A DNA stretch of 64,000 nucleotides from a virus. Taxonomy: Duplodnaviria; Caudoviricetes. Shown in pieces: positions 1 to 7,838 of the stretch (positions are counted from its first letter, which is position 1; the number at the start of each line of letters is the position of its first letter). Where the stretch lies: positions 8,096 to 72,095 of the IMG/VR virus record IMGVR_UViG_3300037467_001267. One strand, written 5' to 3'. The notes below the pieces were generated by a model. That model was not told where the DNA came from. It searched no databases and was given only the letters and a program-made list of their open reading frames with translations. Position numbers and translations under genes: made by a program.

Positions 1-1
1 T

Positions 2-871
2 TCGCTGGAACTGGGCTGCGTGGGCAGCGGGATCCATCCGCACCACGCACGGCGATACTTCAGAAGAATTACCGCCAACCCGCTGGAGCCGGTGGCGAAC
101 TACCTGAAGATGCTAAATCCGCATCTGTTCCAGGAGAAGCCGAACGGGGACTGGTGTATTACCTTCCCCGTCGCCGCACCCGACACGGCGACTAAGTTCG
201 TTAAAAATCAGTCCGCCAGCGAGTTTCTGGACAACGTGTTCCTGGTGTACGAGAACTGGGTCAAGCCGGGGACGGCACGGCCCGAGAGCAGCCCGGGTCT
301 GACCCATAACGTTAGTGCTACCGTCACGGCATGGGACCACGAGTTCCCGGAAGTCCGCTCCAGACTCTGGGAGGAGCGTCACCGCTACAACGCCATCTCG
401 TTCGCCCACGCCGGCTCGGACAAGGGCATCCCGTACATGCCGCGGGAGGAAGTCACGACGGACGCCGACTGGGCACTCTGGGAGGAGCTGATCACGAAGT
501 ACACGCCGGTAGACTACACGCAGTTCGTGGAAGAGGAGGACATGACGGCGGCGAACGCCGAAGCCGCGTGTGCCGGCGGGGCCTGTGACGTGATCGAGGG
601 CGCCATCCTGAAGCGTGCCCCGTACCCGGGTGCGGTCATGCTGTTCGAGGGGCCGTGGCAGGACTGGGACGAAGAATCCCACCCCCACTGGATCGTGGTG
701 GAGGCACCCGAGCCTGATAGCAACTACTTCTACGACGGTAAGTCATGGTGGTGGCTGCCGCCGAGCACGAACCACGACACGGTCAAAGAAACGGTGCTGG
801 GCCACGAGTACGTCTGGGCCAAGGCGGTGCGGGGCAAGACGTTACACGAGTTGAACATGGAGTGGCTCTAA
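2..871 (+). CDS. nrdJ: Class II (adenosylcobalamin-dependent) ribonucleotide reductase, C-terminal part (5' truncated by window), with C-terminal extension
   Basis: Frame open from base 2: SLELGCVGSGIHPHHARRYFRRI, HNVSATV and ACAGGACDV motifs typical of monomeric RTPR/NrdJ. Confidence 0.85.
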   Translation, partial: SLELGCVGSGIHPHHARRYFRRITANPLEPVANYLKMLNPHLFQEKPNGDWCITFPVAAPDTATKFVKNQSASEFLDNVFLVYENWVKPGTARPESSPGLTHNVSATVTAWDHEFPEVRSRLWEERHRYNAISFAHAGSDKGIPYMPREEVTTDADWALWEELITKYTPVDYTQFVEEEDMTAANAEAACAGGACDVIEGAILKRAPYPGAVMLFEGPWQDWDEESHPHWIVVEAPEPDSNYFYDGKSWWWLPPSTNHDTVKETVLGHEYVWAKAVRGKTLHELNMEWL

Positions 872-878
872 GTGTAGG

Positions 879-978
879 TTCGGCTGTACGTCTCGGAATG
901 GGCGGTGCAACTCCGCCCGATGGCCAGAGCGGCGGGCAGAGCGTCCCGTGGTTGTCGGTTCGAATCCGACCGGCCGAA
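879..978 (+). ncRNA. tRNA-like structured RNA with non-canonical anticodon loop and a T-loop hairpin inserted in the D-arm
   Basis: TTCGGCTG(879-886)/CGGCCGAA(971-978) closing stem; T-arm GTCGG-TTCGAAT-CCGAC (954-970); stem GCGGG/CCCGT with 8-nt loop; extra hairpin GGCGG-TGCAACT-CCGCC (901-917). Confidence 0.6.
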
Positions 979-980
979 TT

Positions 981-1232
981 ATGCTACTAAGTGAGTGGGT
1001 TGCGAGAGCGGAAGGCGTGGTGGCTCGCCTGAAAGAGCTGCCGGGAGACATCGAGGTCATGAAGGTGCCGGGACGCATCGTCCTGGATTACGACGGCACG
1101 ATCCTCGGGAAAATTAACTGCGGAGAAATGGAGCTGGTGATTTATGGCGATGAGACCGGTCAGGCTGGGGCTAGACGAGATGAATCTGTTCAACACCATC
1201 GCGGTGGAGACGGGGGCGAAGTGCAACCGTAA
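981..1232 (+). CDS. Hypothetical protein
   Basis: ORF from ATG 981, in operon order. Confidence 0.55.
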   Translation: MLLSEWVARAEGVVARLKELPGDIEVMKVPGRIVLDYDGTILGKINCGEMELVIYGDETGQAGARRDESVQHHRGGDGGEVQP

Positions 1233-2118
1233 GTGCGGGTTCTGCCCGGTGAGTCTGGGCGGGCGGGATGAAGATGAGTACATGGACCAGGGCACGTTCA
1301 ACAAGATCATAGCCGAACTGGTCTCGCTGAAGTACAAGGGGAGTTTCATCTTCCACCTCTACAACGAGCCCATGAAAGATAAGAGGCTCGTTGACCTGGT
1401 GCGTCAGGCCCGGGAGAACTTGCCCCGGGCGGGGTTGAGATTTAACACCAACGGCGACTACATCAAAGAGCCCTGGGACGTGGCGAAGTATTTTGACGCG
1501 GGCCTGAACCAGATGCTGATCAACGTCTACTCCAACGAGAAGCGGTACCAGCAGCTGGTGGAGATCGTGCGGCAGGTCAAGGTGGCCCACGAGGGTCTGC
1601 ACTACGACGCGGGAGACATGAAGCGTGCCGGGATGAGCGTAGAGGTGCTAAGAAAGTTCGGGTCGGAAGTGTACCAGCTGGGCGGCACCCAGAAGCTGCA
1701 GAACAGGAGCGGCCAGAACACGGATCCCAACCTGGCCGTGTTGGACGAGCCGCTGGAAAAGTACTGCGTGCGGCCGTTCAGGCATATTAACGTGAACTGG
1801 AAGGGCGACGTGGTCTTGTGTTGTAACGACTACTTCGGTCGTGTGACGATCGGGAACGTGCGTGAGCGGAGTTTGGTGGACTTGTGGAATGATCCGCTCC
1901 TGATGCTCTACCGCAAGAAGCTCCAGCGAGAGGATCGGAGAATGCCGCTGTGTGATAAGTGCGATTACGGCGGTGGGGTCATGCCGCACAGTACGCACCC
2001 CATTGCGTGGCCGGGTCGTGCGTGGGCGGAGGATTATCGTGACGTTGACGTCGAAAAGCTGCGGCACATAGCCAAAACGTGCGCGGAGTCGGCGTCCATG
2101 GGGCAGTTAGGGGAATAG
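1180..2118 (+). CDS. Radical SAM protein with SPASM/twitch domain
   Basis: CNRKCGFC (CxxxCxxC), YNEP, FNTNG; C-terminal CVRPF..GDVVLCCND..GNV..SLVDLWN..CDKC. Confidence 0.9.
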   Translation: MNLFNTIAVETGAKCNRKCGFCPVSLGGRDEDEYMDQGTFNKIIAELVSLKYKGSFIFHLYNEPMKDKRLVDLVRQARENLPRAGLRFNTNGDYIKEPWDVAKYFDAGLNQMLINVYSNEKRYQQLVEIVRQVKVAHEGLHYDAGDMKRAGMSVEVLRKFGSEVYQLGGTQKLQNRSGQNTDPNLAVLDEPLEKYCVRPFRHINVNWKGDVVLCCNDYFGRVTIGNVRERSLVDLWNDPLLMLYRKKLQREDRRMPLCDKCDYGGGVMPHSTHPIAWPGRAWAEDYRDVDVEKLRHIAKTCAESASMGQLGE

Positions 2119-2137
2119 TTGGGCTTATTAGAGGCTT

Positions 2138-2210
2138 GCCTGCTGGTTTTCGCAGGGCGGGGTATATCCGGAGTAGGGTAGACCCCCGAAAACCAGCAGG
2201 CGGGCGCAGG
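2138..2210. repeat. Inverted-repeat element, class 1, copy A
   Basis: GCCTGCTGGTTTTCG (2138-2152) and CGAAAACCAGCAGGC (2187-2201) form a perfect 15-bp IR; homologous to the reverse complement of 56151-56225. Confidence 0.8.
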
Positions 2211-2312
2211 ATTAAGCGGAATCGGGGTTGGGAGCGGTTTCGGAGGGGTCGAAAACGGGCGAAAGCCCGGGATGATCCTTACGAGACCCTAACTGCGGAA
2301 TGGGAGCCTGGT

Positions 2313-2543
2313 ATGACGTTACGGATCGGACGGGTTGATGACGCGTATCGACCGGCTGTCGTGGAAGACGCGATGAAACTGCATCCGAATCTGGACGTGG
2401 TGCTGGGCCCCGAGTGGGCACGCCCGCTATGCGTGGGTGTGGTGTTCGTGCCGAGGGGGGCGGAGAAGTTTCTGGAATGGATTAAGGAAGCCCACGTGCG
2501 TGAAACGTTGGGCACAGGCAAGGTAGACGAGATACGCATATGA
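2313..2543 (+). CDS. Hypothetical protein
   Basis: ATG 2313 with GGGAG RBS; stop overlaps next start. Confidence 0.55.
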   Translation: MTLRIGRVDDAYRPAVVEDAMKLHPNLDVVLGPEWARPLCVGVVFVPRGAEKFLEWIKEAHVRETLGTGKVDEIRI

Positions 2544-3199
2544 GCAAAGTATTCTACGTGGCGGCGTCGGCAGCGAGACAGGGCGAAGCGAAGGCGATCG
2601 CTGAACACTTGCGGGCTCGCGGTGCGAAGGTTAAAGCCCGCTGGCTAGAACAGGGTGATGTGTCGTACGGACGGCCGGGTGTGGAGGACGAACTGGGTAC
2701 GTGTGCCCAGATGGACATGCACGACGTGATAAACTCTGACGAGGTAGTCTGCCTGTCCGGAGACGTCTATACTAAGGGTGGGCGGCATAGCGAAGTCGGT
2801 GCCGCGATAGCACTAGGAAAGAACGTGTGGCTGTTTGGTCCGAGAGAGCAAGTCTTCCACTACCACCCGTTAGTTACACAGGTGGAACGGCTGGACCAGA
2901 TCGTCGTGAAGGATGTGGCCGAGAACTTTCGGACACGTAAACCCATGCGGGACGGGTTTATTGAGCAGCAAATTTACGAGCTGCGGAACAAGATCAAGTC
3001 TGTGATGCTGAAACACGGCCCTGGCAAGTTCGTGTCGAGCCATGAGGTGCTCGGTCAAGTTACGGAGGAATATCACGAACTGATCGACGTAATTCGCAGA
3101 GACAAAGATAAAATTGGCCCGATTGCGGACGAACTGTTCGACATCGCGTTGGTGGCCGTGTTGGGTGTGGTGTCGATGCGTATGGGAGGTAATGACTGA
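2540..3199 (+). CDS. Nucleoside 2-deoxyribosyltransferase-like domain fused to MazG-like NTP pyrophosphatase domain
   Basis: N-terminal FYVAAS..DMHDVINSDEVV..GGRHSEVGAAIALGK; C-terminal HEVLGQVTEEYHEL..DELFDIA. Confidence 0.75.
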   Translation: MSKVFYVAASAARQGEAKAIAEHLRARGAKVKARWLEQGDVSYGRPGVEDELGTCAQMDMHDVINSDEVVCLSGDVYTKGGRHSEVGAAIALGKNVWLFGPREQVFHYHPLVTQVERLDQIVVKDVAENFRTRKPMRDGFIEQQIYELRNKIKSVMLKHGPGKFVSSHEVLGQVTEEYHELIDVIRRDKDKIGPIADELFDIALVAVLGVVSMRMGGND

Positions 3200-3489
3200 T
3201 GAGTAACCCAATCGACGAAATCCTGAATGAGTTTCGTGAAGCACGAAAGCAGGGCCGCCAGAAGTATGGCGGTAGCGATCCTGTGGGACACGACCTCAAC
3301 CACCGTCTCAGCGATTGGTTGAGGTTCGTGCGTGACCACCTCGACCGTGCGGGAGGGCCGGATGCTTTCGTGGCCCTGGACCAGCGGGAGCATCTCGTCA
3401 AGGCGGGAGGATTGCTACTCTCTGCGATCTGGGCTCTGGATGTGAACGCAGGACGCATCCCATTACCGGGAGCCGACACCCATGAGTAA
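3199..3489 (+). CDS. MazG-like all-alpha protein (putative NTP pyrophosphatase fold)
   Basis: EARKQGRQKYG..DWLRFV..REHLVKAGGLLLSAI pattern. Confidence 0.5.
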   Translation: MSNPIDEILNEFREARKQGRQKYGGSDPVGHDLNHRLSDWLRFVRDHLDRAGGPDAFVALDQREHLVKAGGLLLSAIWALDVNAGRIPLPGADTHE

Positions 3490-4120
3490 GTTTAACATGA
3501 TGACTTTACCGGCGGCGTACGAGCTGTTGGGCTTGGACATGAAGATCAAGCTCACGCCCGAGGCCCTCAGCAAAGCATATAGAAAAGCCGCGTTGGCCAA
3601 CCACCCGGACACGAAGTTCGGCGAGCTGGCGAAGCGGGAGGCCGCGGAGAAGATGGCTTCGATTAACGACGCCAAAGAGCTACTGGAGAAGCTGGTCAAC
3701 CGGGCACCGAGTTTCTCCGCCAACCCGTTCGGCACGGCGGTGCCTGTGGACGACCATCAGCTGGAAAGCAAGTTCCAGGGCGAGGTGATCGCCGCATGGG
3801 AGGCGATCGGGGCACTAATTCTTAAAGTACACGGCAACGCGTTCCAGAAGGCCGGGTGGCCGGATTTGCAGGTCTACCACGTCAAGTGGACTGGGCACCT
3901 GGAGCTCAAAGTAAACGACAACAAACCGTCCGAGATCCAGCGAATCGTGATACGCGATCTGATGGCCCGCAAGACATGGGCGTTCGTCCTGCGGATGAAG
4001 GCGGGGATCGTGTACCTGGAGAACGACCGCGGGCAGGCGATCAGCCATATGGAGGGATGGAAGAAGATGACCGCCGTCCAGCGGGCTCATTCTATGCTAA
4101 GTCTACTGGGAGTAAAGTAG
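3482..4120 (+). CDS. J-domain (HPD) fused to VRR-NUC nuclease
   Basis: LLGL..LSKAYRKAALANHPD..MASINDAKELL; C-terminal KVHGNAFQKAGWPDL..LELKV..SEIQ. Confidence 0.8.
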   Translation: MSKFNMMTLPAAYELLGLDMKIKLTPEALSKAYRKAALANHPDTKFGELAKREAAEKMASINDAKELLEKLVNRAPSFSANPFGTAVPVDDHQLESKFQGEVIAAWEAIGALILKVHGNAFQKAGWPDLQVYHVKWTGHLELKVNDNKPSEIQRIVIRDLMARKTWAFVLRMKAGIVYLENDRGQAISHMEGWKKMTAVQRAHSMLSLLGVK

Positions 4121-4303
4121 CTTTATAGGGATCGAGGTACTTGCGGCACCGCCCAGCGGAGAGCCTACATCCTAACTCTAGTAGAGATAAGAGATAAGAT
4201 AACTTTCAAAATTGCTATAGGTGTGTATCTCACGTATAGGGGTATTAAGAGTAAGGGGGTTTGGGGAAAGTCGGTGCTGCGTGGCCCCACGATCCCCGTA
4301 AAG
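4121..4303. repeat. IR-flanked AT-rich element, class 2, copy A
   Basis: Arms CTTTATAGGGATCG..GCACCG and CGGTGC..CGATCCCCGTAAAG around a GATAAGA-repeat core; homolog at 37657-37827 has the core inverted. Confidence 0.8.
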
Positions 4304-4313
4304 GAGCTTTACT

Positions 4314-4961
4314 TTGGGCGAGTTATTCGACGATTGGGACGTGTCTCCGAAGAGGAAGACTGCCGCGGAGGAGCTTTTGGACGCGCAGAAACAACATGAC
4401 CGCGAGAAGCGATCGAGGAAGGCGAGGCGGAAGAGCAAACGGCATAAGCCGCGGCGGGTGGGTGTGAACCCGTTCGCTGAGCGGGGCCTGGTCGCGATGA
4501 CGACGCCGCCTCATCAGGAGAAGGGACGTGTGGATCGGAGAGACAAGAAACTCCCGGGCGGAGGAACGAGCATGACATGCCCGGAGTGCCATCAACCTAA
4601 GCTTAAGATGTCGCTGTGGGTGGAGGACGGAGGCAGGCTGATCTGTCGTAAGTGCCACTGGAAGAAGCATCGCGCCAAGGGGAGTATGGTGACTGTGGGT
4701 GCCCTGTTTGGCGGGATGGAGCGCACGTGGGAGTTCAACTGGGACAAACTCGAAGCGGAACGCGTGAAAGCGGGGATCGGGATCCAGCACCTTGCCGCGG
4801 CGATGGGCGTTTCTCATGTTACTTACATCAACCGCAGGGACAATCACGTCACCGATCGTGTGACTGAAACGGTGGCCCGGGCGATCCTCGACGAGTTCCT
4901 GATGATGAACGTACGGACGGCGGACGACCGCTCGCTGACGCCGGATGACCGGGAAAAGTAG
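4314..4961 (+). CDS. Zinc-ribbon plus HTH-like protein (possible transcription regulator)
   Basis: CPEC..CRKC; C-terminal IQHLAAAMGVSHVTY helix-turn-helix pattern; start uncertain. Confidence 0.5.
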   Translation: MGELFDDWDVSPKRKTAAEELLDAQKQHDREKRSRKARRKSKRHKPRRVGVNPFAERGLVAMTTPPHQEKGRVDRRDKKLPGGGTSMTCPECHQPKLKMSLWVEDGGRLICRKCHWKKHRAKGSMVTVGALFGGMERTWEFNWDKLEAERVKAGIGIQHLAAAMGVSHVTYINRRDNHVTDRVTETVARAILDEFLMMNVRTADDRSLTPDDREK

Positions 4962-5100
4962 TGGCGGAAGTGGTGGGCGAAATTTTCCTGTTTCGCCTAT
5001 TTTGGGACGTGTATATAGTTGAGCCTGGTAGCCGATCGATGGCGAGGACGTGCGTGGGAGCATATTCTCGCGGGCAACATTGATTGGCGAAACCGGGCAT

Positions 5101-5586
5101 ATGAGTGAAGGTGGCGGCAAACGGGCAGGCGCACCGAAAGGTGTCGCTGCGCCGAACTACGTACGTTGCGACGCGTTGATTGACCTCGTGGCGAACTGCT
5201 TAGCACGCAGGCTCCCGAAGTCTACTCTGAAGCGTGTCGTGCGCGAGGCCCTCACCACGCCCGAATCGCCCACGCCGTCCATCTCCCCACGCACCATCGA
5301 GACCCTCATCAAGATCGCCCGCGAGCGCATGGTCGCACGTGCCGCGGAGAAGCGGGGCATCCATAAGGGCGACGCCATCGCCTGGCTGGAAGGCGTCATC
5401 GCCGACGACCGGATCCACGTCCAACATAAGCTGACCGCGCAGCAACAGCTCACCGAACTCCTGGGCCTGGACGCACGGTTCGAACTGGAGGAGCGGAAGA
5501 AGGGCGACCAGCCCGCCCAGAATCTGGTCGAGCAGATGCGTCAGCAGCTCGCTGCGATGGACGAGAGCGTAGGGGGTGGGTCATGA
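5101..5586 (+). CDS. terS: Terminase small subunit (putative)
   Basis: Directly upstream of and overlapping TerL; helical, typical size. Confidence 0.6.
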   Translation: MSEGGGKRAGAPKGVAAPNYVRCDALIDLVANCLARRLPKSTLKRVVREALTTPESPTPSISPRTIETLIKIARERMVARAAEKRGIHKGDAIAWLEGVIADDRIHVQHKLTAQQQLTELLGLDARFELEERKKGDQPAQNLVEQMRQQLAAMDESVGGGS

Positions 5587-7124
5587 CCGAAGACGACCAG
5601 CTCGAAAGTCTAGAGGCCCTGGTCTCGCTGGAGCGGGGCGGCACGTACTCGCCCGTGGCCGGTTGGTTCAACCAGCTGGAGGCCTGGCGGATCTGTTCGC
5701 TGGACGCATTCCAGGAGGCCTGGTCGTTCGCAGAGGAGCGTCACTCCATCGACCGCTTCCTGCGGCGCATCTCCCATCGCGTGCATAAGGGCACGGAGCA
5801 GGGGCAGTCCGCCCATCAGACCCTGCCCAAGGCCTGGGCACCGTTCAACGGGTCGCACGCCCAGCAGCAGGCGTTCTGGAAGTGCGACAAGCGGTTCATT
5901 ATGCTGCCCTGCGGACGCCGCTCGGGCAAGACGGCCTTCTCCAAGCGGAAGTTCATCAAGAAGATCATGGCCGAGGGCCATAAGTGGGATCGGCCCTGGT
6001 ACATCGCCGCGGCCCCGACCCACGCCCAGGCCAAGCGCATCTACTGGCATGACCTGAAGAGCCTGGTGCCGCCCGAGTTCGTGCTCGACAAGTCCGAGGG
6101 CGAGCTGATGCTCCGGCTCAAGAACGGTGCCGACATCCAGGTCATGGGGATGGACGTGCCGGAACGGGCGGAGGGCCGCTCGCTGAACGGCGTGCTGCTG
6201 GACGAGTACGGCAACATGAAGCCGCACGTCTGGTCGGCCCACCTGCGGCCCGCACTCGCCGACCGCGGCGGGTTCGCCTGGCTGATCGGTGCCCCGGAAG
6301 GTCGCAACCACTACTACGACCTGTGGTGTGACGCCCGCGCAGACACGACGGGTCAATGGGCGGGCTTCACCTGGACCACGGAGGAGGTGCTCCCGCTCTA
6401 CCTGGGCAAAGAGCAGGCGGAGATCGAAATCATCTCCGCCCAGAACGACATGGACCCGCTGACGTACGACCAGGAGTACCGTGCGTCGTTCGTCGTGTTT
6501 ACGGGCCTGGCGTACTACCAGTGGAGCGACGCGAACATCTCCCAGTGCGAGTACTCGCCCAGCGAGCCGCTCATCCTGATGTTCGACTTCAACGTCGCAC
6601 CAGGCATCGCGATCGCTGGGCACGAGCGGCCCCGCGGTACGGAGATCGTGGGCGAGGTCTACATCCCGAACGGGTCCAACACCATCCGGGTCTGCAAGAA
6701 GATCATCGAGGTGTACGGCAAACACCGTGGCGACGTGTACTGCTACGGCGACGCCACGGGCGGGAGTGTCGGCACGGCCAAGGTCGCGGGGTCTGACTGG
6801 GATCTGATCCGGCAGTACCTCAAGCCCGTGTTCGGAGACCGGCTGAGAATCCGGGTGGACCGTTCGAATCCGGAGGAGCGGCAGCGGGTCAACGCGATGA
6901 ACTCGCGGCTGTGCTCGGTGTCGGGTGTCCGCAAGCTCTTCGTGGATCGGCGGTGCAAGTGGACCATCAAGGACTTCGAAGGCGTCAGGGTAATTGAGGG
7001 CAGTGCGGGCGAGATCGACAAGGACTACGACGCACGGCTGACTCACATAACCGACGCTATTGGGTACTATGTGTTCAAGAAGTTCCCGATGGCGGGCGGG
7101 CTGATCATGAATAGGAGTCTGTGA
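5583..7124 (+). CDS. terL: Terminase large subunit
   Basis: Walker A CGRRSGKT, Walker B VLLDEYG, nuclease motifs FDFN and HITDAIGY. Confidence 0.95.
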   Translation: MTEDDQLESLEALVSLERGGTYSPVAGWFNQLEAWRICSLDAFQEAWSFAEERHSIDRFLRRISHRVHKGTEQGQSAHQTLPKAWAPFNGSHAQQQAFWKCDKRFIMLPCGRRSGKTAFSKRKFIKKIMAEGHKWDRPWYIAAAPTHAQAKRIYWHDLKSLVPPEFVLDKSEGELMLRLKNGADIQVMGMDVPERAEGRSLNGVLLDEYGNMKPHVWSAHLRPALADRGGFAWLIGAPEGRNHYYDLWCDARADTTGQWAGFTWTTEEVLPLYLGKEQAEIEIISAQNDMDPLTYDQEYRASFVVFTGLAYYQWSDANISQCEYSPSEPLILMFDFNVAPGIAIAGHERPRGTEIVGEVYIPNGSNTIRVCKKIIEVYGKHRGDVYCYGDATGGSVGTAKVAGSDWDLIRQYLKPVFGDRLRIRVDRSNPEERQRVNAMNSRLCSVSGVRKLFVDRRCKWTIKDFEGVRVIEGSAGEIDKDYDARLTHITDAIGYYVFKKFPMAGGLIMNRSL

Positions 7125-7444
7125 TGACGCACACCCACGCCAACTTGGAAGTGTCGGACGCGACGTACAGCGAGGTTGAGCGGTTGCTGAAGGCCGCTGG
7201 CTACGATCATGCCTTCTTGGACGGTGGTACGATCAACATGCACGGCATTGCTCTGGTGCTTTCTCGGGGCAGCCGCGTCACCGAAGAAATGGTAACACGG
7301 TTCCTGAACTGGAAGCTTCCAGCGAGCGTGTTGCCCGATCCGTGCGTGATGGACACCGCGTATCCGCACCGCATTGGCACGAATCTCCTAACAGCAGACG
7401 AGGCACGTCAGATGCTCGAACATGTATTGGGAGGTGGGAAGTGA
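7121..7444 (+). CDS. Hypothetical protein
   Basis: ORF with overlapping start/stop junctions. Confidence 0.6.
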   Translation: MMTHTHANLEVSDATYSEVERLLKAAGYDHAFLDGGTINMHGIALVLSRGSRVTEEMVTRFLNWKLPASVLPDPCVMDTAYPHRIGTNLLTADEARQMLEHVLGGGK

Positions 7445-7833
7445 ACGGATGGATCGGCGTAGACCTGGACGGCACGCTCGCCCACTACGACAAGTGGGTG
7501 GGGCCGGAGCATATCGGCCCGCCGATCCCGGCGATGTGCAAGCGGGTGCGTGCTTGGCTCAGCGAGGGCAGGGAAGTGCGAATCTTCACCGCCCGCATCT
7601 TCCCGTACACGGGTGTGCTCCGGCCGAGCGAGCCGATGCCCGTCCAGGAGGGTGCTCGCTGGACGGCGGCGTTCCTGTCTGCGTGCGCCATCGCGGAGTT
7701 CTGCCGTAAACACTTCGACCAGGTGCTTCCGATCACCTGTGTGAAGGACATGCAGATGATCGAGCTGTGGGACGACAGGGCGGTACAAGTCCAGCCCAAC
7801 ACGGGCAGGCCCGTCCGGGATTTTGTGGAGTAA
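7441..7833 (+). CDS. HAD-superfamily phosphatase-like protein
   Basis: WIGVDLDGTLA, IFTAR, LWDDRA motifs. Confidence 0.8.
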   Translation: MNGWIGVDLDGTLAHYDKWVGPEHIGPPIPAMCKRVRAWLSEGREVRIFTARIFPYTGVLRPSEPMPVQEGARWTAAFLSACAIAEFCRKHFDQVLPITCVKDMQMIELWDDRAVQVQPNTGRPVRDFVE

Positions 7834-7838
7834 AGCAC

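Noticed and set aside
893-925. Cobalamin riboswitch next to the B12-dependent RNR (GGAA..GGTGCAACTCC resembles its T-loop)
   Set aside because: The B12 box (GCCACTG) and remaining helices are absent, and the element is downstream rather than upstream of nrdJ.
879-978. Canonical tRNA gene (for example Leu-CAA from the TGCAACT loop)
   Set aside because: No 7-nt loop with U33 in the anticodon position, the D-arm is oversized and no CCA is encoded. Kept only as a tRNA-like RNA.
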